Shown: one piece after another, positions 22,610-37,600 of the stretch
Layout of the letters: the number at the start of each line of letters is the position of its first letter
How positions within the stretch are numbered: the stretch's first letter is position 1
DNA from: Carpediemonas membranifera BICM
Taxonomy: Eukaryota; Protista; Fornicata
Assembly (NCBI GenBank): GCA_019828565.1
Contig: JAHDYR010000005.1
Span: 1,029,342-1,093,341 of the forward strand
Reading direction: 5' to 3'
DNA: 64,000 bases
Notes under the pieces: model-generated
What the model was told of the DNA's origin: nothing
What the model saw: only the letters and a program-made list of their open reading frames with translations
The model's database searches: none
Program-made: the position numbers and the translations under genes

Positions 22610-25600
22610 ATGCACATTGTCATACAGACCTTCATTGGCACTGTCTACGACAATACTGGCCCTCCAAGGACTGCAGAGCGTATGAACTACATTCTCGCTC
22701 ATACATACCTCTCCCTTGTTGGTATTGGCGGAAATACACAGGATCGAGGCCGCCAGCGCCGAGAATTCCGTGAACTCATCTTGGAAATGGCTAACCAGGG
22801 CCTATTTGCGGACATGGAGGTCGATCCGAGATTTTTCGCCGACCCGCACGACTCTCGACCCTTCTTGCGTGCAGTACGTTCCCATAGAGGAGTCGCCCCG
22901 ACCTTCGATGTCTTCGTACGTGACCACGCGCGTATTGCTGTCACCCACGAACGCTTGCGGAGACAGCACGAGGTCTCAACTGAGGAAACTGACAACTACA
23001 AGCAGATTTTTGGAGCTTGTTTCTATCCTGATGTACATCAAGTCGGGTTGTAACGCAACCCATGAGCTCTTTAAGCTCATCCGTAGTCTTTCTGCGCGAC
23101 TTCATATGCCAATCATCTCCAGCAAGGCTGCTGATATCTTCGTGAAGCAGTTGCAGGTCAATATCACCAAGATCAACGGCCTGGTTGCAGCGCTGACTAG
23201 ACCAGAGGTTGCTTTCTTGGGTCATCTCGTCCCTGTGGAGTCTGTCACAGTCAACACGACCTGGCGGTGGGGCAGAAATGGCACAAAGTCGAGACTCGAG
23301 TGCACCAATCGCCTAACGGTGGACGAGGGTGTCGATATCCAGCCCCTGACGGACGCGGAGAACGTCATTGACTTCAAGTGGGAGAAGCCAATGCTTGATC
23401 TTCACTACGAGACGAGCGATGAGGCCACAAGTCATCGCCCTGAGCTCAAGCAGACCCAGGGGAGTCACCCTCGGCAAGCGGCTCAACAGCTCCACATGGG
23501 ACAAGGTTGATCGAGTCTGGTTTGATGCCGTTCGTTACCTCAAGCAAGCTGTTCGCCACCCGGAATGGCTCGAGTCGGACCAGCCCAACTACGTTCGATG
23601 CAAGAACGCCCTTGGCAACAGGGTTGGAGTCACGTTTAGCCCCATGAAGATCCTACTATGGCTTGACGGGTGGAAAGGGGGTTCTGCTGCCTTCAAGCTC
23701 CGCATCTACGACCCCACAGGCTTCACATTCCCCAACAAGATTACTCCACCTTTCCGTATAGTCGAGTATATGGGTAGCGAGGGTGATTTGTTGATGGAAG
23801 AGTCTCTTTCTCGCGTCGAGAAGGAGATTGAGCGCCTATATACGAGTCAGATACCCATCAGAGACACTGGTGAGGTCACGATCTTCGACCATGTCATCGT
23901 CATGGGCGATCATGCCGCCCTCCGCCACATGCTGTCCAGAAAGTCGGGCCGGCCCAACTATCCACACCCTTGCAACACGATTTACCACAAAAGTAAGGCG
24001 CTCCACCCGATAGCAGGCCGCCATCGTCTCACCATCAAGGACAACCTGGACGATAAGACAGCATACCAGGCTGAAGTCGACGACCCGAACCGAGTTCAAG
24101 ATGTACTTGCAATCTATGGCGATTTCACCAATGAACGCATGGTGTTCGAGAATTGTAGTGTCATCCCTCTTGAGAAGATCGTCATATGCCCTCCATTCAT
24201 GCACGACTCGCACCGTTTACTCGAGCAGGTTGCCCATATCTGTGGTTCTTTCAAGAAGCATCCCACCACCCGCGGGTCCCGCGAGGAGATCATCCAGAAT
24301 AAGCTCCTCAACCTCAAGCTTGGCCGTATGTCGTCCATGCGAAGCATCGATAGGACCGTAGGTTGTAACGAGCAGTCGTCCGCACGTGTAAGGATGGCTG
24401 CCACGACCAAGAGGACTTCGTTGCTCTCCCTGAGTGCATTCAAGATATCATTCGGCTCATTGGCTACCTCCAGGCCATGTACTACTCGTCCGAACCTGTG
24501 ACTGACGCGGCTGTCGCGTTTCACTTCATGGCTGCCGCAGTGGCCCACCTCATTCACGTCACGATTGCGTTCATTCCTAACAAGGATAAGACTTCCATAT
24601 CCCTGCTATCAAGCAGCGAAGCGAAGACGAAGGAGAAACCGTGCGCTGAGAACCTCTACAGCATCAGCAGACTCACGACGCAGCCCCTGTGCCACAAGCA
24701 TCTCAAGGTGCCGCTGTTCTATATCCTAGAGGAGTACTTTGAGCGAGAGTTCATCAAGAACCAGGAGGTAGCAGCCAAGTTGCACAGGAAGGCAGTCCTT
24801 GAGGGCATCATGCTGTCAACATCCCTAGATTATCTTTGCTAAACCCTAGATTATCTTCGACCTCAAAACGCTAGATAATCTACAATTTCTTGCTCAGAAA
24901 TGAAGTATTCATTAAATTTAAGCTATTTAGAGATAAACGAAGGTCTTCTTGAGAGTCCATATGATGTACTTAGAGCATGGAAAGAAGCTCTGGCTCTGAC
25001 TCCTTGCCTGGTTTGAGCATTTCGCCGTGCAGGTTAAGACGAAACGATAAAATGGACAATAACAGAAAATCTAACAGGTAGATTCACTACGATAGTGATT
25101 ATGTGAGTAGTTGAAAGGAGGTACATATGCGCATAATCACTTTCAGAGTGAATCTACCTGTTAGATTTTGAGATATGGTCGATTTCTTGTTTTTTGACTT
25201 GGCTAGAGTCGAATTGAAGAAAAGGAGAGGCTATTACTCAGGGAATATTGCTCGTCAAAGAAAAGCAAGCAAGGCCGCGAGGTATGGCCACCCGACCTAC
25301 AAGATGGGCTGGGTGTCATCGCGTAAGGACGACCGGTCGTGCGCGGTCAACGCTGACAAAACTTAGCGATTCAGAGAAATAAATGGCGCCACCGTATTCA
25401 GCACAAGACAGTGAACTCAGCTATATGGTTTTTTCTCAGTATATTTACCCAGCGGCTGATCCCACAGTTTAAGGGCGCGTATTAGCCTGCACTTTGCGGC
25501 GTTGATATTGGTTATTAAATGCACGGCTGGTAGCATATTGAGGGATTTCGTCATTGTACTCGAATGCACAAGTGTGCATTTTATGCTCGCAACGAGATTA

Positions 25601-28600
25601 AAATGGCGAACTTAAGACCCAAGACACATGCCGCGTACGAGGAAGGATATCATCTCCGGCGAACTGGAATTTACCTCGTTCATTTACTTCTGATGCCTTT
25701 TCTGCTCTCTCTTCTCCAGCACCTCTGCCATCTCGAGACCTGTCAGCAGCATTGATCTCATTCCTGCATCACAGAAAGTATCAATCTCTTTACGTCCGCT
25801 CAATCATCGCAATAAACTGCCTGTGCAGTCTTCCGCGCACACCTTTTGCGCACTTATTGGTGCTCACCTGCCTGTATCCCTTGTGGCATGTGTCACAGCT
25901 GACGTTCTCGCGTCCATGAAGGTCTCTACCACACACTATGCAGCGCCGATAGAAGACTTGACCCTCAAACCCTCGCTGACAGCAGTCGGTCAGTCTCTTT
26001 CGCTGAGCTGCAGACAGGGTGACCTCTTCTGTATCATCTAACAGAAGCGGACTCGGCTTGGCGACGCATTCATGCACGCGCATGATGACCTTGAGCTTGT
26101 CAAGACATTCGGCAGCAGTGGGACGCTTTGTTGGGTCGAAGTGGAGCATCTGCATTGCCAGGTCGTACAGGCTGAGACAAGTAGGTGGCGTGGTGCCGCG
26201 AATCGGGAGCTCAGAGTTCACGTTGACACACTCGAGGCAATCTTTGAAATGTGTCTGTGCCTGAGGTGACAACTGCAACTGCCCACCATAGAATTGGCAC
26301 CAGTTCAGCAAGCTACCAAGCTTCAGCATCTTCTTCTTCTTCTTGTTGTCGATCTGCGCCATGTTTGCACCCATGTCAGTCACCTTCGCGGCAAAGGGGG
26401 ACTTGGGGAGACCGTAAAAGAGCATCAAAATGACTACACCGCAAGAGTAAATGTCCGATGCAGGTGTCACGACATAAGAAGTGACGGAAAGAGCCCCTGC
26501 CGTCATGCGCGCGAGCTTGGAGGTGTCGCGTGCAGCAGGAATCACTGAGCGCGAGACAAGGTACTCGTAGAAAAGCTCTGGGGGCAAATATCCATGGGTG
26601 CCGCGATACTCGGATGCGAATCTCAGTTGTATGGCCCACCTGTCGTCGCCATTAGCCGGCTTCCTCATTGCAGACCCAAAATCAATGAGGTATCCCTTCT
26701 GACTCTTGCTGAAGAGGAAGTTGTCTGGCTTAATATCGCAATGGACAACCCCGTGGTCATGCATGTAGCATACTGCCTGCAGCAGATGCGAAACATAGCG
26801 GAACTGCACGCTGGAGTGAGCCTGGCAGATGTCAGCGAAGGGGGTACAGTTGACCAAAGGAGCCATGAAGGCTGGATCACGGTCGACAAAACCTGTATCG
26901 ACGACAGGGAGGACATGCGGACTGTCCTTGAGCGCTAGCAGGGTGGGAACCTCCATATCATAATGCTCATCAACTTTGATCACGACCTGCAGCTTTTCAG
27001 GTTCAAAGTCGTGCAGATATTGTCTACTATTACCAGGTAAGGAAGTAAGTCGCTCCAGCTTGTCGCTATCTAGCTCGAACACCATGCACAGGTAGCTGTG
27101 TGAAAATTGGTCTTAAAGTGCATTTCGCGACAGCTAGCTGTGCGTCGCAACGAGAGAAGTAGCAGTGGAAAACAAGACAGGACTGGCTTATGAATGGTGT
27201 TTATGGACATCAGCTATGCTCCAATCATAAACTCTTCCTCTTTACAATGTCAGATGAAGGAAAAGACGATACTGTCGGCAGTATCGCTCTCTGAGCGCTC
27301 CTCATCAATCACGTTCTCTTGAATCTCCCCATCACCATCTCTGCCCGCCACCTCCCCGCCATGCTCGTCGTGGTCGATCTTTGGTTCCTCATCGGCACTC
27401 TTGCATAAGTCCACCTCCTCACCAAAGGCGCTCTCCTCGCGAGCTGGCACCTCGTAGTGCATCCACTCTGCCTGGTAAGCTGGCTCGTCGGACACCGCCT
27501 CCTCGTCAGTATCGCCCTCTCTCTCGCCCTCTGGCATCTCTGTCTCGCGAGTCGGCGAGCCGAACTCCGCCTCCTTGTCAGCCTCGCTTTGCCTCTCTTT
27601 CTTCTTAGTATCGTGAAGCTCGATCATTCTGGCCTTGAGCCTGTTGTAAAGCCAGTCATCGAGCATCGGCGGCACCAGGTCGGCAGAGCTTCGGATCTCC
27701 GGGTTGAGATCGAGGATCGTTGGGCGCCGCGTGGTCGTTAAGTGACTGGACGCCAACTGGTGCCTGAACTGCTCATCGGTCAGGCTGATGCGCTTGTCCT
27801 TAATGACCTTCTGAGGCTTCTCCTGCGGTCTGCCGCGGCGCTCTAGCGTGCCGATAGACTGCATCCTATCGGTGGACACGTCGATCCGCTGCGCAAAGCG
27901 AAGCATGCGAACCGTCAACCCCTGAACCTTGAGCGCCTCCGATACAGCACTGGCCTGCGGGAATCCCGATTTGAGCGTGCCAAAGCCCATCCAGCTCGGG
28001 CACGAGGTAAGGTCTATCGCATCGGGGAGATTACCTTGGAGATACGAATACTCCCAGCCCGTCTGGTTGAGCAGAATGGCAATGGCGCCATACGGGCTGG
28101 GGAGACTCTCAACTGATGCAGGCGACACCTCTTCCTCCTCTTTCCAGGACAACGGCTTCGCGGGATGTGGCAAGTCGAAGTTCCGGAAAGACTGAACAGC
28201 CGAAACGATCCTCTTAGCCATAGCAGGCGTCTTTGTAGCGAAATAATGCGCCAAATAAGTCGTAACGTTGTCGCTTCGGACAATCTCGATGCCCTTCTGC
28301 ATCTCAGCGCCTGTTTCCTGGCAAATGCTGGCCAAAACGTCCTCCAGGTGCTTCTTGTACACACTACGCGTCTTCACTGAAACTCTATCAGACCAGCGCT
28401 TAACAATATCGTCGTTATTTGCAGCTAGAACCTCCATAACACGAGTTTTCTGTTGGTATTGCAATTTCAGAATTTCGTACATACAAAATTATCAAATACT
28501 TGGATTCGACCTAAACTTGGCTCAGATCCGCAATCCTGAGCTGGAGTGGGTTCATGGGAACTTTTTAAAATTTTAAAGTAGTCATGAACATCCAAATTCT

Positions 28601-31600
28601 AAGACAATCTCCGGTACTGGAAGTAATTCTGAAATTGCAATACCAACACAAGTTATATTTCTGAAAACCGAATACACGGTGATACTGTTATCTATTAGCT
28701 CCAGTAGGGACCCAGGCCAGGTTTTGTACACCCTACCCGCTTGCCTCGGAATTCGGACATGCCGAAATTCTGAAATTCGAATACCGCCGCCCATTTTTGA
28801 CGTATGAGATCAGTATCCCATGCCAAACCTCAGGACGGCATTCGTGTACCTTTTCCTGCCCTGTATCCATTATATAACCACCCAATTTCCTTTCACAATG
28901 TGCACTTTATGCTCGCAACGAGACTGAAATGGCGAACTTAAGAATAGAAAGAATACTGGCAGCTTTAACGTAGTAGGCATGCACATATCACTAAGAAACA
29001 TCAGTAAGCGAGCGCAGAGCATCATTAAAGCAACAATAATCCCTAAACAACATCAACAACTATAAGTCCATCAGGACCAAACAATATGAACTATAAATGG
29101 AGCACTGATCAGTATAGATGATTTGAGAGTACCAGGCATGGCCAGAATACCGTAATTATCGTCCGTTGATCCACGTGACCTCCATCTTGGTCGGTATCCA
29201 GAGAACGCCCGTCAGACGCTTGCAACGGAACATTTAGGGGGAGCATCCTGAATGGGGCCAGATTTGAGGGACCCTTGGTCTGACATGTCATGACCGAGTA
29301 CTCTAGGGGCCTCCACAGTGCGTCCCGAGGTACGTTAGAGCACCACAGACCTTCCCCCAAAAGCTGACTCCTGGACCCCTTGGCCGGAGCTCGCCCGAAG
29401 CGTGCCTCGGCTTGAACTAACGGCAAGAGAGCATAAAATCAGCCCTTTCGAACCGTGTTTTATGCTCTGCTGCCGTTATAGAATTATTCAAAGGGCCCTC
29501 TCTTTGCGCTTTTTTTCTGGTTCGTGGGACGAAGTAGGGACGGACAAAAAAAGCACATACGGAAGGTATTGGAGGTACTGAGGCCGCCTAGGTACATAGT
29601 TGCCGTGTGGATGGTTTCAGTTTATTACTTTTGGCACTCTATGTCCATTTTTTTATGCTCTCTTGCTGATAGTGCCGAAAATGGACTTGCTAAAGTGGAT
29701 TGAGAGCGCTAGCAAGGAACAGTACGATGCGATATTGGCTGCATACACCAAGGCAACCACCAATCATGCCAAATGTGCTGTTCTTCGCGCGGTTTTGCTG
29801 GATGAACGGAAACTGCTCGATCTAGTGATCAGGAAGCGTTTGTAGTCATAGCAATGCTTATATAGGAATCAACCTGAACCATATCACCACGAAATTCCGC
29901 CTCACGAAGGACGAGAAGGAGGAGCTCCAGGATAAGTTGAAGAAGCAGTTTATGGCACTCGCCGGACCAAGAAGTTCCAAGAAGCTCGGCGCGCTGGCGA
30001 AGTGGGTTGACGACAACCAGGCTGATATCGTGTATAGCCAGGAGAAGCGCAAGGCGCGTAAGGCCATTATTGAGGCCATTGACGCCGAGGAGAAGGACAA
30101 GGGCAAGGGCAAGGCCGAGAGCGCTAAGAAAGAACCCGTCGACGATGAGAGTGGCGTGGACAGTGGTGAAGAGAGCGGCGTCGACGATTCTGAGTTGTGC
30201 GACAGTGAGAGTGAGGTGGACTTTGACAACGAGTCCGACGATGAGATTAGAGAACGCGCGATCAAGCGCCGGCGCGAGAGAAAGATCGCCCAGAAGCTCA
30301 AGGAGTGGGAGGACAATAACGCTCGCAACTACGTCCTGTGGCATAGAGTCCAGAAGGAGGTGCACGGCGAGCTTCGCATTCGCGCCTCTCGAGAGTCAGC
30401 TGCGGTTGCTGGGGACAACCACGTCGACGTCCAGTTCGACAGATACCTTCGCGTATCCAAGCTGCTCGAAATGAAGGACTGGATTCACAAAGACCTCCCA
30501 TCTCTTCCGATGGAGGCACGAGTGCTCCATCACAAGGCGCAGAAGAGAGTACTCGAGCTGGAGGAGACCGTCACGAGGCTGCTGCAAGACGTGGGGTACG
30601 CAGCTGACATCTCCATGGGTGCCAGCCCGACACCCGCGCCGTTTCGCCGCGACCTACCCCAGTCGGGCACACACCAAGCACGAACGAGTACCCCCCGCCG
30701 TACGGGGAAGAGCGACACAATCCACATGAAGCGCAAGGCCCTCATGACAATCCCTCAGAAGATCGCTGATGTCGATAACAACTCAGAGGAGTCAGACGAG
30801 GAGGAGATGGTGACAGAGGAGAAGAAGCGCGAGGCACACGAGGAGGTGGTGACAGAGGAGAGGAAGGGTGAGTCACATGAGGAGGACGTGACCAAATGCG
30901 ACGCCTGCATCCAGGCTGAGCCCGAGAAGGCCAGGCCAGAGGACTCGGAGGAGGAGTCAGAGGAGGAAGAGGAGCCAGTGGAGGAGGGTGAGGCAGAGGA
31001 GGAGGAGCAGGAGGACGAGATGGCTGAGTCAGAGGTGAATGCAGAGTCAGAGGAGAAGCGTGAGGCAGATAAGGAGCAAGAGGCAGACAACGAGGTGGCA
31101 TTCGAGGCTGAGTCGGACGTTGAATATGTCCAGGTCGACCACGTCGACCCAGCTTCCGAGCAGATGAGGAGCAGGGAAGTCAAGTTTAGAGTTGACGTCG
31201 CCAATCAGCTGGAGAAGAGCAAGCAGTGGGTCAGATACAAAACCCTGCCCCACGGCAACTGTATAACACACTGCCTCATGATGATCGAGGGCGTCACGGA
31301 GCCTCATGCGTTCAAGAGCTGGGAGACGACGACGAATGAAGAGCAGTGTGCAGCGGAGACGAAGGCGGACAACTACCGCGAGCAGATATACAAGGAAGCG
31401 ATAGAGATGAACCGGCGGGCCACTCCGGGGTACAGGCGGCCCGAGGAGGGTCTCCGGGACGAACTTTTCCATGAAGTGTGCAGTGTACACACTGTCACGG
31501 AGGAGGGCAACATCGGTAAGCCAATCATACAGGAGAAGTGGTTGACTCAGTGGGCTGTTGAAGCCTGGTGCTCAATGACTGGAAAGTCCGTTGCATACCT

Positions 31601-34600
31601 CCATGTTGTCCGGGATTTTGACCCAAAGATCGATCCAGTCGTCGGCATGTACGTTTTTAGCAAGTCTGAGGAGGGCAAGGTGACACATGTCGCGTTTAAG
31701 CCCAACGAAAACGGCCAGTGCGCCCTGGCGTGTTTTGCCCAACAGTGTCGCGAGTGGGAAATCGAGTATGCGGTCGAAGTGACAAGGGGACACGCCACTC
31801 TGCGCAAGGTTCCTCCCGGGCTGAAGAGGAGGAGATGGTCAGTGAAGAAGTAAGAGTAAAGGATTGATATACCGACCGTATCGCTTATGTTTATGTGACT
31901 TTGAGGTTGATTCGCGGTTTGTAGGGGGGTATGGTGCTATATTACTCAGCCTGCTGTATATGTCTAGTCTACAGCCTGTATGCAGCTGTCTGTGGTGGTA
32001 AATATCGTCGGCTGGCCGAGAAAGCATAAACTGCACACTTGTGCATTCGAGTACAGTGACGAAATCCCTCAATATGTTACGAACAGTCCATTTAATAACC
32101 AATATCAACGCCAAGACGCGTGTAGTTCGGAGCCATGTAGTTGTTTGCGCTCGTCTGTCCCCCTATTACCGAAACTGGTGCTGTACTCTAGAAAATCACT
32201 AACAACATCAATATCGAGCTAGAAGGCGATGTAAAGAGCCTCATTGGACAATATTATCTTGATTTACTCCTCAGAAACGTCAGGCTCGGGTTCCCGACGC
32301 CTGAAAAGATTGTTCTGAATTTCCCCGGTTGTACGACCCCGCCCAGAGAAGGTTATCTCCCGTCGCACGCCCACAAACCCCGAGGTTTCCCCAGCCTCCA
32401 GCTCACGCAACGTATCGGTCAGCGGAACGGTGACAGGCACAGGATACCCGATCCACTTGACAAGGCAGCGACGATTGGCATAGTCCTTGATCTGGACACT
32501 CTCGACGGCATAGTCAAGGCTCGTGTCGGTTAACTGGAGGAACTTTTCAGGGCTGCCGAACGTGAATCTATCAACGTCGTCAGCAACGGCCCGAAGCAGC
32601 GGCTCATAGATCTCACCATCTAAAACGCCAGTAATACGAGCCTCCGTCATGATGACCCAGACACTGGGGTTGCGCTCACCCACCCATGCGGCAAGGCGAT
32701 CCAACTCAGTAAAAGTCGGGAAGGCACACGCGGTATCGAGGAAATCGTCTAGAGTCGGTGTCGTGTGCTTGGCCCTGACCATGTTAGCGAAGACTGACTG
32801 GTGTAGCGGGGTCACGAGCCTCTCATGAACGCGCAGAGTCGCTATTGCTGCCTCCTCGTTGAATGTGGCGTTGGAGTTCATGCCAAACAACATGCTCTGC
32901 ACGTTGTACTGGATCGAAGCGCTGTAGCGGTCAGCACAGAGCCTCAGTGTGCTCGTTACCCACTTCTTACCCGCGGGAGACTGCGCGAAAGCAAGAATGA
33001 CAGCTTTCCGGACCTTTTCCTTCTGAATCGTGATGGAATTGATCTTAAGAGACTCAATAGACTTCATCTCCTTCAGAGCAACCAGTTGATACGCAATATC
33101 CAGTTCCATCGAGCGTCAGGGATCAATGAAAATTGTCGGAAGCCGATTTTCGGAAAATTCTAGATCTTTTTGGGTGACATCGGGGATGTGGGCGCCAAGC
33201 ACGAGGATCCCAGTGATGATGGGCCAGGTAGAAGGACCCTTGAACTTTTGAAAGCAATGAATTGTTGGGATCTCAATTTAGGTTAGGAGAGAACGGCGTC
33301 TAAGACATCGTTGATCTCCTCATACTCAGCCTCAGCAAGCATCTTCTCCAGACAGAAGGGGTAGAGGGCCATGGGCTTGCGTCCACGCCAGTACTGCTCG
33401 CCATACTCGATCGAGAGGTACTCGAACTTGGCAATAGCGCGATCCGCCAAGTAAAGAATGACGGGAAGACGCTTCTTCTGGTCCCCCACCTGCACATTAA
33501 CGTAGGCCGTCCCCGGTACGACGTTGTAGAAAGCGGCACCATCGTTGATCTTGTGACAGCCGAACGTGAGGCCGGCCGAGTCAACAGCAAAGTTGTTAGG
33601 CTTCTTGAGCCTCGTCACGTAGGTCGTGACTGCACCAGGTTCGGGCTCGGGGATGATCTTGCCGCAGTATATACCAATGACTGCGTCGTTGGGGATGCTC
33701 TTGTTGGTAAGGATACCATCGCCCACTGTCGGACCCATAAGCGCATGCTGAGGCACCATGGCCAGATCTAGCTCGCTGTTGAAGCCATTCTTGTCCACTG
33801 TGACGGAGAACGTGGTGCTGTGGGCAGAACGAATGCCTGCTTCATCACAGGCCGCAACAAATGACTCAAAGTCATCAGAGGAGTAGTATTGCTGGTATTC
33901 CTCCGCCGTAATCACAGTATCTGCCTTGTTGGTGAGCTTCATGTTCTCGTTCGATTCGGTCACGCCGCAACACAAAATTTGGGCAATAAACAGTCATTTA
34001 TGAAGCAAGATGCCGTGTGTAGACACGCTTGAGGTCTGGATCACACGCATGTTCCACCCATTCCATGGTTTATTTAACGGTTTCCGAATGAACGAAAGAG
34101 ACGAAGAGATGGAAGGATCAAAGCGCCAGATCGTGCATGCATTGATTTGTTACTTCAGCATTGAGCCTAAGTATCGCACTGAAGGCGTTGTTGATGTTCT
34201 GAAGCACCGTGTTCACGAGAACGTCGTCGAGATGCTGACAGAGCGCAAGCAAAAGCCTCTTGAGAGCACAAGCGATGTTGTGGTGGCTGCAGAGAACGTA
34301 CAAGAAGCAGCAATCCCGTCTACGAGGCGCTTCGCACGTCGGAGCTGCCAAGTAGATGGTTCTATCACCAGGGAGGGACAGGCATCGGCCGAGGGTGTGG
34401 GCAAGGCTGGCGAAGAAGCATCAGGTGAGGGTGAGGGGCAGCCTTCGGCGAGCAAGAAGGACAAGAAGAAGAAGCCCAAGATTGATCTCACCCTTGAGAC
34501 ATTCGATGTTACCGCGGTGCTCAAGGAGGAGCCTTGGTATGGCGGCATTATCGCGCCAGTATCCAGTGCTATGACGACGCTTACTGTCATTCAGTCTGGC

Positions 34601-37600
34601 TACATGGATGAACACCGCCTGGAACTCATGCTAGAGACAATGACGTCTGGTGCAACACGCGAGATGATGCTGCGGATCATGATTGCTTGGCAGCTGGAGC
34701 TGTACACGATCGCAGGGAAGCGTGGAGCGATGCCCGTCGACGATGAGGGTAGGGTCGCCCGTCTTGACGCCGCAGCCGAACGTTTACGTGCCGATGTACT
34801 GGCTGGGCGCGTTGGCAAGAACACCTACTGTGATGGCATCTACAAGCGCATCCACGAGATGAGTTCCATCAAGACCCACAATGTGCGGCGTAAGTACGCC
34901 AAAATGATCAAGTACGCCATTCTCTGGCCAAAGGAGTTCCGCGAGCTCGCCAGTCACCAAGCTGTGCCCCTAACCCTGGCCCATTCCGTGCTCATCTTCA
35001 GCCAAGCCTTTGATAACAGGCTGAACGCTGAGCTCGGGCATCTTCAAGACCAGGACCGAGATAAGATCCGGCACAACATTCTGAGGCTTGAGGAAAGCCA
35101 GGGTTTGGAGCAGACGAGCGACTTACTCTTCCGAGTCTTTGGTGTCACCCGTCCCGGCACAAGGAAGGCTCAATTGGTTACTCCGGAGAAGCGGGACAAC
35201 GAGGCTGAGTGAGAGAAGTAAAGTTTGATAATGACTGACAGATCCCTGTTGTTTAGGACGCTGTTATCTCCCTTAAATGAGATTCCGGCAGATGCATAAA
35301 CTGCACACTTGTGCATTCGAGTACAGTGACGAAATCCCTCAATATGTTACGAACAGTCCATTTAATAACCAATATCAACGCCAAGACGCGTGTAGTTCGG
35401 AGCCATGTAGTTGTTTGCGCTCGTCTGTCCCCCTATTACCGAAACTGGTGCTGTACTCTAGAAAATCACTAACAACATCAATATCGAGCTAGAAGGCGAT
35501 GTAAAGAGCCTCATTGGACAATAATATCTTGATCGTAGCCATTTATTGCTTTCAAAGTTCAACGCCGAGACAAACAAAGGGACAGATGAATCAAAACACA
35601 CCATTTACAGAACCCGGGGAGGAAACAGCTACGAGGAGGAGGCCCCACGGCAATGTCCGTGTCAAAGAGCGGCCGGGGAAGTGCGCCCGGAGAACGACAG
35701 CGCAAACGCAAGTAATATATTGCAAAATGCTTTACTTGCGCTGGTGCTTCTCATGGGCCGCGCCCACCAACAAGGCCGTTCACTATCACGTGCTCAAGAA
35801 CACCCCCCTCCCAACACCAGGACGTCCTCCAGGACGTCGTTTCTGCTGTCATCCTTTCTCATTGAGCAGTTTAAGAACGAGAACAAGTCGCCACCGAACT
35901 GAGCGCTGGAATCGATGAGCAGTGCTAGTTCCTCCCCATCAGCCATCAAAGAAGCCCTTATCTCCGTATTCCGCGCCTCGCTAGTTGTAGCAGCCCGTAT
36001 CTCCGGGGACGTACCATCCTTGCTCCAATGCGCCTACACCAGGCATTTTGGCGAGGAGATGCCCTCGTTCCACAACGCAGAGAGCACTACTGCACCAGCG
36101 AGCGCCCCTTCTCTCGAATCCCTCCTCGCCACGCTCTCCAAGATCCCCCCGCTTGAACCAACCGCACAAGTCCTCCTAGATCACGCCCGCTCGATCCTCG
36201 CAGACGGACCCCCGCTGTCCATGAACGTCGAGCTCTCGCCTGGCGATGAGCTCCCGGCAGCCATGCACACACTGAACCAGGGCGCGGTGTGGGCGTGTCT
36301 TATGGGTGGAGGGGCCAACCCAGACCTCCAGGACCTCATCCGAAATGCTCTCGCCCCCGAGGGCAAGTGTCTCTGGTTCCTCTGCCGCAAGTTCTTCTTC
36401 ACACTGAACGTCGCCGAGAAGGACGGCGAGTACTACCAATTCTCAAATGGCAACACACACTACCATCACCGCATGTACATGGGCCGTCTATTCATGCTTC
36501 GTCCAGACAACCTCGCCATCTTCATTAGAGCCAGGATGCCCAGGGCCCTCGAGGTCTACAGTTGCAATTTCAGCCATCTTACCAGGACACCTAAGGGTCT
36601 GTGGGCATGGAGCTTGGACTGGCACTGGAATGCGACCCGCCTCACCTTCACCAGCTGCCCTAATATCGCCGAGCTCGAGGCCAGTCTGCCCCCCTGGGAG
36701 AAGAACAGGATGGTGATCGATGTGTCGGAGCAGGCTTGTCGCAGGTTCATCCTCACCCCAGTCGGTACTGTCATGGCTGGAAACGGTGCATGCTTCACAG
36801 TTCATGACGATCTGAGAAGATACGTCTTCCACCCAGTCGCTGTGCCCACTGGCTTCATCCCTGATCGGATCATGTATGGAGGGGGGACAGTTATCCTCTC
36901 CGCGGGCGATCAGCAGGTAATCAGCGATTTCAACCGCCACTATAAGCTGGGACTTGGACGCGATAGATGTATACGGGGCTTCGAAAAGCTGCCGTTCAGG
37001 GTCGACCAGCTCATGGCAGACTGTCGCTGCAACGTCTTCCTCAGCGGCAGTCAACTCCTGTTCGCCGGTGTGGTTCCCCAACATATCGCCCAGTCTGGCC
37101 TACTGCCTGAATACCAGCAGCGCGAGAAATGCCTCACAGCAACGCCGATTGCATTCCCTTTGAATGTAAAGGCGGTGTTGTTTTTTCCCTGGCGGCTGAT
37201 TTGGGTGTCTCCTGGTTGCACCCATATTTGCGAGGACGATTGTACGCTAGATATGCCCTTTGAGGCAACAGCTGTCTATCAGACATATGAGCGTGTGTAC
37301 GCATTATGCGACACAGAAGGGCAGTGGTATGATGTTGTGGGTGACTGCGATGGCGTGGCTAAGGTGGTCAAGTGCAGCGTGTCTACAGTGAGATATGCTC
37401 GCCTGAAAGTGCACTATTTCCTGCTCAACGAGGTGCCGGAATAAATCGAGCAAATAATTAGACCTTGGAATCATGAATGCCGTGTGCGGTGGGTCCGTGG
37501 ACGATAGAGAGTGGGCCTGCACGCGGCGTGGCACCAAGACGCCGAAGTCTAGCTGCCGATATTTGTTGAAGCAGGCCACTGTTGATGCTTCAGCCGCAAG

